Below are positions 16,417 through 23,163 of a DNA stretch of 23,163 nt, piece by piece. Position 1 is the first letter of the stretch. Each line of letters starts with the position of its first letter. The stretch lies in NCBI GenBank assembly GCA_015228675.1, contig JADGCZ010000052.1, forward strand, positions 1-23,163. The letters run 5' to 3'. The stretch comes from Desulfobacterales bacterium (GTDB taxonomy: Bacteria > Desulfobacterota > Desulfobacteria > Desulfobacterales > YD0425bin50). A program made the position numbers and the translations under genes. A model generated the notes under the pieces. It did no database searches. It was not told the DNA's origin and worked only from the letters and a program-made list of their open reading frames with translations.

Positions 16417-17925
16417 ATGAGAAAAAAAGTGATGATTATTGGTGCAGGCATTGCGGGGTTATCTGCTGGCTGTTACTTACAAATGAATGGATATGACACA
16501 GAGATAGTTGAACTTCACAATCAGCCCGGCGGCTTATGTACCTCATGGAAACGAAAAGGATATACGATTGATGGATGTATTCATTGGCTTATGGGGTCTA
16601 GTCCTTCTGATGAATTTTATTCACTGTGGAATGAGCTTATCGATATGAAAAGTATCCAGTTTATAAACCACGATGTGTCTATGCAATTTGAAGACAGGAC
16701 TGGAAATGTAATCCGTTTTTTTTCTGATGTGGATCGCTTGGAGAAGGAATTATTAGAAAAAGCCAAGCAAGATAAAAAGATGATTCTATCCATGACCAAA
16801 GCGATTCGAAAATTGCGAACATTTAAACTACCCGTTTCTAAGGCCCCTGAAACCTATACGTTTTTAGATTTTATACGCTTCTTTTGGGATTTAATTCCTT
16901 ATTATGGAGAACTCAACAAATGGATTCGTATTTCTGCATCTGAATATGCAAACAATTTCCAGACACCATTATTAAGAAAAGCGATTCGCGGCATGTTTTG
17001 GCCTGATATGAATATGCTGTTTATCATCTTAATGATGGTCTGGTTTGATAAAAAAACTGCTGGATATCCTATTGGAGGTTCATTGGCTTTTTCCCGACTA
17101 TTTGAAAAGCGATATTTGGAATTAGGAGGAAAAATCCACTATAAATCGAAGGTCATCAAAATTATCACAGAAAAATTCACAACGATCAAAGATAAAGCAA
17201 CAGGTATTCTGCTTGATAATGAACAATCCTATTCAGGAGATATTATTATTTCAGCAGCAGATGGCCATTATACGCTTTTTGAAATGCTTTCTGAAATATA
17301 TCATACTGACCAGATTAAAAATTATTACAGTACATACCCAATGTTTTCATCTTACATTCAAGTATCTTTAGGTATCCAACGTACCTTTGATCAGGAACCC
17401 CACATGGCTTCGATGGCATTGAATAGCCCTATAGTGATTGATCCCATGACATCAGTTGAAGACATTAGCCTTCGCATATTTAATTTTGATCCGACACTTG
17501 CTGACAAAGGATCGACTCTAATTACGCTCATGTTCACCACTTACAACCATGACTACTGGAATCAACTTCGCCAGCAAGACCCTGACACTTATAAAAAAGA
17601 AAAGGATCGTATTGCGAATGACATTATCGATGTTTTAGACAAACGCTACGGCAATATTCGTTCTCAAGTCGAAATGATTGATGTATCCACACCTGCTACT
17701 GTAATTCGATATACCAATAATTATAAAGGAAGTTATGAGGGTTGGGTTTGGACGCCTCAGATTGGTTTTAAAACCATGTCTAAGGAACTTCCCCGACTTA
17801 AAAATTTTTACATGATTGGACAATGGGTTGAACCGGGAGGCGGATTACCCCCTGCATTGTTGTCTGGAAGAAATGTATGCCAACTCATTTGCATGCAAGA
17901 CCATAAACCATTTGTGGTACGATAA
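16417..17925 (+). CDS. NAD(P)/FAD-dependent oxidoreductase, phytoene-desaturase (CrtI)-like family
   Basis: Rossmann dinucleotide motif VMIIGAGIAGLSAGCYL at the N-terminus. Start chosen at MRKKVMIIGAG with AAGGAG 7 nt upstream; the ORF opens at 16348. Length (~500 aa) and the C-terminal GGG..P...SG motif fit amine-oxidase/CrtI-type flavoproteins. Confidence 0.65.
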   Translation: MRKKVMIIGAGIAGLSAGCYLQMNGYDTEIVELHNQPGGLCTSWKRKGYTIDGCIHWLMGSSPSDEFYSLWNELIDMKSIQFINHDVSMQFEDRTGNVIRFFSDVDRLEKELLEKAKQDKKMILSMTKAIRKLRTFKLPVSKAPETYTFLDFIRFFWDLIPYYGELNKWIRISASEYANNFQTPLLRKAIRGMFWPDMNMLFIILMMVWFDKKTAGYPIGGSLAFSRLFEKRYLELGGKIHYKSKVIKIITEKFTTIKDKATGILLDNEQSYSGDIIISAADGHYTLFEMLSEIYHTDQIKNYYSTYPMFSSYIQVSLGIQRTFDQEPHMASMALNSPIVIDPMTSVEDISLRIFNFDPTLADKGSTLITLMFTTYNHDYWNQLRQQDPDTYKKEKDRIANDIIDVLDKRYGNIRSQVEMIDVSTPATVIRYTNNYKGSYEGWVWTPQIGFKTMSKELPRLKNFYMIGQWVEPGGGLPPALLSGRNVCQLICMQDHKPFVVR

Positions 17926-17937
17926 CTGGAGGAAATA

Positions 17938-18708
17938 ATGGATTTATCTTATTGGTGGTTATTCCCAACGGCTATTGTCATTGCTTCTTTTGCAATGACC
18001 GTAGGTGTGGGAGGACCTGTTTTTTTCTCACCAATATATATTTTAATACTACAATTGCCTCCACCAACCGCTTTTGGGACTGCCTTAATTACCCAGCTAT
18101 TTGGTTTCGCAAGCGGTGTGTATGGATATCAACGCCAAAATATGATCGATTATCGCATGTCTTCAAAGCTGTTGATTACTGCTATTCCTGCGGCCATTAT
18201 TGGTGTGTTAGTTTCGAATCAGGTGAATCATAATATTTTAAATGCAATATTTGGTGGATGGGTAGTTTTTTCAGGGATTGTTTTATGTTTAACAGCAGGT
18301 AGAGAAAGGGAAAACACAGAAGATTCTACGCCCAATAAAAAGCTTAGAATGTGGTGCGGCCTGTTTCTTTCTGCATTAGGTGGATGTATGGTGGGCATGA
18401 CTTCGACAGGCATGGGCAATCTCTTGGTTCCATGGATGAATGTGCTTGAACATGTGCCCATCCGTAAAACTGTTGCTACATGTGTATTTACTATCTTTAT
18501 TACGGTTAGCGTTTCTGCCGTATGTTATCTGTTTTTAACACCTGTGGATTACACTATTCTGATGTTTACCATTCCGGGGGTTCTTGTTGGTGGCCAAATT
18601 GGTCCATGGATTTCAAATAAACTGGATTCTGTAAAGCTCAAATTGTTTATGTCTGTGGTTTTTATTCTGGTTGGATTAATCATGTTACATGCAGCGTTTT
18701 TTAAATAG
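17938..18708 (+). CDS. TauE/SafE (DUF81) family membrane transporter, a putative sulfite/organosulfonate exporter
   Basis: There are 7-8 predicted TM helices. The family-typical glycine motif TVGVGGPVFFSPIYIL is present, with a second half-repeat around GGCMVGMTSTGMGNLLVP. GGAGGA RBS; it lies 12 nt after the oxidoreductase. Confidence 0.65.
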   Translation: MDLSYWWLFPTAIVIASFAMTVGVGGPVFFSPIYILILQLPPPTAFGTALITQLFGFASGVYGYQRQNMIDYRMSSKLLITAIPAAIIGVLVSNQVNHNILNAIFGGWVVFSGIVLCLTAGRERENTEDSTPNKKLRMWCGLFLSALGGCMVGMTSTGMGNLLVPWMNVLEHVPIRKTVATCVFTIFITVSVSAVCYLFLTPVDYTILMFTIPGVLVGGQIGPWISNKLDSVKLKLFMSVVFILVGLIMLHAAFFK

Positions 18709-18711
18709 GTT

Positions 18712-19329
18712 TTAGGTTTCTATTTCTAGTATTCCAAGTAATATGGAGAGTAATCTTTCCAAATCGGAGGGAATAATGTAGGCATTCATATCTTTTTTTA
18801 ACAATTTTTCTTCTCTCTGAAGCATTCCAAATCTCCATATATCACCCAGTGTAATTGCGCCGTATAATATCTTCTGCGCAGTTTCTTCACATTTGTCCAT
18901 TGCTATCAATTCTATCGCAAGCTGGTTGAACCCTTTTTCCAAATCTCCTTTTTTCGCTTCAATAATAACAATATTTCCCAAGTATTTTATAAGATAATCC
19001 ACTGTTCCACTGAGATTTTCTCCTGCATCCAACGGATATTCGACGTTGATTTCTGCATTCAGATAATCCAATATTTCTAGCAATAAAGGAGAAATATAGA
19101 ATTCCCGTTTGGCAATTTCTGAATTTAAAGAAATTAAAGGCAATTTTCTAACGTAAATATCTCTGAGTTTTTCAATAGAGTTTATTTTTATTTTTGTTTC
19201 AGGCAAGTTCAATTCCAGAAAAAGATACTTATAGCCAAATTCTTCCAGTATTTCTTTTGTCGGATTGTTCAGTTCAAAATAATCAGAAAATGTATATTTT
19301 TTGTCTTTTTTGAGAACAGACTTTTTCAT
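18712..19329 (-). CDS. Hypothetical protein with a possible PD-(D/E)xK nuclease-fold motif
   Basis: There is no recognisable named family. The segment TVDYLIKYLGNIVIIEAKKGDLEKGFNQL fits the D...(hydrophobic strand)-E-x-K...Q core of restriction-endonuclease-like enzymes. AAGGA RBS. Its 3' end abuts the TauE 3' end (convergent, 3-nt gap). Confidence 0.35.
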   Translation of the reverse strand: MKKSVLKKDKKYTFSDYFELNNPTKEILEEFGYKYLFLELNLPETKIKINSIEKLRDIYVRKLPLISLNSEIAKREFYISPLLLEILDYLNAEINVEYPLDAGENLSGTVDYLIKYLGNIVIIEAKKGDLEKGFNQLAIELIAMDKCEETAQKILYGAITLGDIWRFGMLQREEKLLKKDMNAYIIPSDLERLLSILLGILEIET

Positions 19330-19438
19330 TAGTCACTGTCCTTAATTAATTTAACACTATTTTTTGAAGCGTAAGTTGATCCCCATCAGTACTAAATACT
19401 CATGGGAATCAATAGCAAATGATTATGAAATCGTATAA

Positions 19439-21094
19439 TTAACTTGTAGATTCAGCTTCAAAAACAGCATTTATAATTTGTTTTGCCTCTTCTTGAATTC
19501 GAGTGAGATGCGATTTGTCTTTAAAACTTTCTGTATAAATTTTATAAACATCTTCAGTTCCAGATGGCCTTGCTGCAAACCAGCCATTTTCTGTAATCAC
19601 CTTTAATCCGCCAATTGAAGCATTATTGCCTTGTGCGTTGGTTATTTTTGCAATAATAGGATCGCCGGCCAATACCCCGCTTTGAATTTGATCAGGAGAT
19701 AATTTTTGAAGCAGTGCTTTTTGTTTAGCATTTGCAGGTGCATCAATCCGCTCATAGATTGGGTCACCGAATTGCTGAGTCAGGTGTTTGTAATGAATAC
19801 CAGGGTCTCTTCCGGTTTTTGCTGTAATTTCAGCCGCAAGTAAATTCATAATAATACCATCTTTATCAGTTGTCCACACCGTTCCATCTTTGCGTAAAAA
19901 TGAAGCACCAGCACTTTCTTCACCGCCAAAACCATAAGCGCTTGAAAGCAAACCATCGACAAACCATTTGAATCCAACAGGAACTTCACATAATTTTCGG
20001 TCTAAATACTGAGCAACACGATCAATCATAGCGCTTGAAACCAATGTTTTACCAATAGCTGCACTTTTAGGCCATTGATTTCGATGTTGAAACAGATAAA
20101 AAATCGCCACAGATAGATAATGATTTGGGTTTAACAAGCCGACACTTGGAGTAACAATTCCATGACGATCTACATCAGGATCATTCCCAAAGGCAATGTC
20201 GAATTGGTCTTTTAAACTAATTAACCCTGCCATTGCATAAGACGAAGAGCAATCCATACGAATTTTTCCATCTTTATCCACTGTCATAAAACCAAATGTT
20301 GGGTCGATGATCGTATTTACAATTTGAAGGTTCAGCTTATATGTATCAGCAATACGGGACCAAAATTCAATAGACGCACCACCTAAAGGATCAACCCCCA
20401 TTTTAAGAGAAGATACCCGAATTGTTTCTATATCAATAACGTTAATTAAGTCATCTACATAAGGCTTTATGTAATCATATTCATGAGTTGTACTTGCCAT
20501 ACACGCTTTTTCAAATGGAATGCGTTTTACTTGGCTATTTTTATTAATTAGATATGTATTTGCTGTTTCCTGAATCCATAAAGTGGTTTTGGTATCTGCA
20601 GGCCCTCCATGCGGTGGATTGTACTTAAATCCACCATCTTCAGGAGGATTATGGGATGGTGTAATCACAATTCCATCAGCAAGACCAGAGGTTTTACCTT
20701 TATTAGCGCATAAAATTGCGTGAGAAATCACAGGAGTAGGCGTGTATTGATGATGTTGATGAATCACAACCTCTACTCCGTTCGCTGCAAGCACTTCCAA
20801 TGCTGTGGCATGACTTGGCTCAGACAATGCATGGGTATCCTTTCCCATAAACAAAGGGCCTGTAATATTTTGACTTTGCCTGTAATCGCATATGGCTTGA
20901 GTTATGGCTAAAATATGGGCTTCATTAAAATTCCATTTAAAAGATGACCCTCTGTGGCCTGAAGTGCCAAATTCAATTCTCTGGCTTAAATCATCAGTAT
21001 CTATCTGTTTAAGAAAATAAGAACTGACCAGTTGCGGAATATTAACAAGCAACGAACGCGGTGCAGGTTTACCTGCAAGTTTATGCACTGCCAT
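19439..21094 (-). CDS. pgm: Phosphoglucomutase, alpha-D-glucose phosphate-specific
   Basis: GTSGHRG near the N-terminus, active-site serine loop [14 protein letters not shown], Mg loop and sugar-binding GGEESAG. 551 aa, the typical Pgm size. Strong AAGGAGG RBS. Confidence 0.9.
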   Translation of the reverse strand: MAVHKLAGKPAPRSLLVNIPQLVSSYFLKQIDTDDLSQRIEFGTSGHRGSSFKWNFNEAHILAITQAICDYRQSQNITGPLFMGKDTHALSEPSHATALEVLAANGVEVVIHQHHQYTPTPVISHAILCANKGKTSGLADGIVITPSHNPPEDGGFKYNPPHGGPADTKTTLWIQETANTYLINKNSQVKRIPFEKACMASTTHEYDYIKPYVDDLINVIDIETIRVSSLKMGVDPLGGASIEFWSRIADTYKLNLQIVNTIIDPTFGFMTVDKDGKIRMDCSSSYAMAGLISLKDQFDIAFGNDPDVDRHGIVTPSVGLLNPNHYLSVAIFYLFQHRNQWPKSAAIGKTLVSSAMIDRVAQYLDRKLCEVPVGFKWFVDGLLSSAYGFGGEESAGASFLRKDGTVWTTDKDGIIMNLLAAEITAKTGRDPGIHYKHLTQQFGDPIYERIDAPANAKQKALLQKLSPDQIQSGVLAGDPIIAKITNAQGNNASIGGLKVITENGWFAARPSGTEDVYKIYTESFKDKSHLTRIQEEAKQIINAVFEAESTS

Positions 21095-21321
21095 ACTTAA
21101 GCCTCCTTAAAAAATTAATGTCTATTTATTGCTTTTTGTATTTTATTGACAATATCTTCAAGATGATACACATCTGCTTTTAATAATGATGCTGTTTGAG
21201 TGAGGTAAAACAAAAAATTAGGCTATACTAAAGCTAATATTTTTTCAAGATCATTATTACTTTGTAAATGAACATATTTTTCAACATGATTAGGGTGTGC
21301 AGATGATGACAGATGCTTCAT

Positions 21322-21462
21322 CTACCGCTTAGGCGGCAACGCTTCTTTAACTACCGCACCATCTTTTTCGCTTAACATCAGCAAAGCAAACTCAGCTACA
21401 GTGTCCAGTTCATCCGTACTTAAACTCGCATAATCAAACGTTCCATTTTTAGCCTTGATCAT
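21322..21462 (-). CDS. Possible 46-aa small ORF whose ATG lies inside the palindromic-repeat TIR
   Basis: MIKAKNGTFDYASLSTDELDTVAEFALLMLSEKDGAVVKEALPPKR. It is below the threshold of the ORF track. The first ~4 codons come from the TTGATCAT repeat end, exactly as for the 15278 start of the YiaAB-like ORF. Confidence 0.15.
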   Translation of the reverse strand: MIKAKNGTFDYASLSTDELDTVAEFALLMLSEKDGAVVKEALPPKR

Positions 21463-21528
21463 CGTTTCGGCCAGACGTGACAGAATTGTAGGGGCGAACC
21501 TTGTGTTCGCCCTCCAAAAGGGCGATGA
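21446..21528. repeat. Left part of a second copy of the MITE-like palindromic element, truncated by group II intron insertion
   Basis: CCTTGATCATCGTTTCGGCCAGACGTGACAGAATTGTAGGGGCGAACCTTGTGTTCGCCCTCCAAAAGGGCGATGA, then the intron GTGCG. The intact copy continues ...GGGCGATGACAAGCATCGCCCCTACA. The break is inside the 5' arm of hairpin 2, 17 nt after hairpin 1. Confidence 0.65.
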
Positions 21529-23163
21529 GTGCGCATGGGAGGGCGATTAATCAGCATGGTGAAAGTCCGTGTCATGGTAAACCACAAACCATGTAGCTGA
21601 AAGTAACTGCGTCGCAGTGATGCGGGGTGGAGAGCAACTGGAAGCGAAGAGACAGTCCGTAGGATAACGAACCTGATTCGGCGTGGTGTTAGCGGCGAGC
21701 CTGCTCATTCATGGCGAAGCCTGAAACTCATTTACCCCGTTGTCGTGGTGCCTGAAACGAGGGTAAAGCACATTGTGTGGTTGGGGACGGAATGTCAGGA
21801 AGATTAAGCGAGATAACCATGGAGACCTGCACATTTAGGTAAGATGTGCAGGAGTCAGAGCCTTCATAGTACCGAACATGATAAGATCATGTAGATGCAT
21901 GAATAGCAAACTCATGCTGAGGGAAGGGAGGTAGGAAAGTTGATACAGGAGGTACAAAGAGATGTTGCTTAAAAAGGAAGCAGTTTCGTCAGTGCAGGAA
22001 AATGCTAAACAAGGAATAGAAACAGAGAAACCATCGAGATGGGGCTTTGTAGAAGCATCGATTTGGACTGAAAGTATGTTGGCGGCTCTGAAAAATGGAG
22101 TTAAAGGAGGCAAATGGTTTAGCTTGATAGACAAGGTATATAGACCACAGACCTTAAACGTAGCTTGGCATCAAGTGGAGGCGAACAAAGGAGCTTCAGG
22201 AGTAGATGGAGTGAGTATCCACTTGTTTAAATCCAAGGAAGAAGAGTATCTCAAAGAATTATCCCAATCACTTCAGGCAGGTACATATAAACCCGAAGCA
22301 ATAAGACGGGTTTATATTCCGAAAGGAGATGGAAAAGTACGCCCATTAGGAATACCAGCGGTAAAGGATCGGATAGTTCAGACGGCAATCAAAATGGTTA
22401 TCGAACCCATATTTGAAAATGAATTTTTGCCAATGAGTTATGGGTTTAGACCAGGTCGAGGATGTAAAGATGCATTAAGAGAAGTAGATCATTTGGTGAA
22501 GAGTGGTTTACACCTGTTATGTGGATGCAGATTTGAAAAGCTATTTTGACAGTATCCCGCATACGAAGTTAATGGAAAAGGTAGAGGAAAAGATTAGTGA
22601 TGGAAGATTATTAGGACTGATCGAAAGTTTTCTAAAACAAGAGATTATGGAGGAATGTAAATGTTGGATACCACCAGCCGGTACGCCTCAAGGAGCAGTG
22701 CTAAGTCCTTTACTTGCTAATCTTTATTTGGATCCATTAGATAAGGTGATAACAGGCTCTGGCTATCGAATGGTACGTTATGCGGATGATTTTGTGATAT
22801 TAAGTAAAACACAAGAAGAAGCTAACGTGGCTCTAACCAAAGTAAAAGAGTGGGTGGTTGCACATGGATTGGAACTTCATCCCGATAAAACCCGAACTGG
22901 AAACTGTATATATGCAGGTGAAGGATTCGAATTTTTAGGCTATCGATTCGAGCAAGGAAGACGTCATGTACGTTGCAAGAGTATGAAAGCGCTAAAAGAC
23001 AAAGTGAGGGAGAAAACGAAAAGGACATGCGGACAGAGTATCAGCAGAGTAATCGAAACGCTGAATCCGACTCTTAGAGGTTGGTTTGAATACTTTAAAC
23101 ATGCACATAAAACAACATTCCCGACAATAGATGGTTTTGTTCGTAGAAGAATGAGAGCTATTC
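21529..23163 (+). mobile_element. Group II intron, 5' portion (compact domains I-III plus intron-encoded protein in domain IV); the 3' end lies beyond the window
   Basis: It begins GTGCGC, the GUGYG 5' consensus. About 433 nt of structured GC-richer RNA precede a reverse-transcriptase ORF at 21962. The RT carries VDADLKSYFDSIPH (RT block 3) and YADDFVIL (block 5, YADD), and the maturase-like region begins near the window end. The short 5' segment fits class C. Confidence 0.8.
21962..23163 (+). pseudogene. Group II intron-encoded reverse transcriptase/maturase, apparently interrupted by a +1 frameshift near 22505-22520
   Basis: Frame 2 reads ...RPGRGCKDALREVDHLVKSGLH and then hits a stop after LLCGCRFEKLF (22549). 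Frame 0, shifted by +1, reads YVDADLKSYFDSIPH...LSPLLANLYL...RYADDFVILSK...LHPDKTRTG... and continues to the window edge. Two frames are therefore needed for the conserved RT blocks. Confidence 0.7.

Noticed and set aside
21095-21320. Searched the pgm upstream region for additional genes or ncRNA
   Set aside because: Only short ORFs with early stops were found on either strand, and no conserved structure was recognisable. It is most likely the pgm promoter region.
21529-23163. Whether the intron-encoded protein has an endonuclease (En) domain, and the intron subclass
   Set aside because: The C-terminal part of the ORF and domains V/VI lie outside the window, so neither can be determined. Class C is suggested only by the short 5' segment and the structured insertion site.

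Overview
AT-rich bacterial chromosomal window with many palindromic repeats and a group II intron, a style typical of large sulfur-oxidising gammaproteobacteria; no taxon is asserted. Read left to right: (i) an upstream-gene terminator and then a NitT/TauT-type ABC importer (ATPase, TAT-signal substrate-binding protein, permease). (ii) A three-gene + strand unit: a histidine-kinase DHp-only protein, a type-III PLP-dependent decarboxylase, and an ~820-aa protein that, by my reading, is a bacterial homologue of the eukaryotic Major Vault Protein. It is closed by a textbook UUCG-loop terminator and a cluster of nested palindromic units. (iii) A minus-strand GT2 glycosyltransferase. (iv) A signalling island: CheY-like receiver, CheC/CheX-like phosphatase, PAS histidine kinase, and a convergent REC-HisKA-HATPase-REC-Hpt hybrid kinase. 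(v) Minus-strand envelope genes: DsbA with a Pro/Thr-rich tail, a YiaAB-like 2-TM protein, and PspA/IM30. (vi) A CrtI-like flavin oxidoreductase with a TauE/SafE exporter. (vii) A 205-aa hypothetical protein with a PD-(D/E)xK-like motif, then phosphoglucomutase. (viii) A ~140-bp double-hairpin MITE-like palindromic element (core ATTGTAGGGGCGA...TCGCCCCTACA) present in at least 2.5 copies. One copy is split by a compact (IIC-like) group II intron whose reverse-transcriptase ORF carries a +1 frameshift. The intron runs off the right edge of the window.
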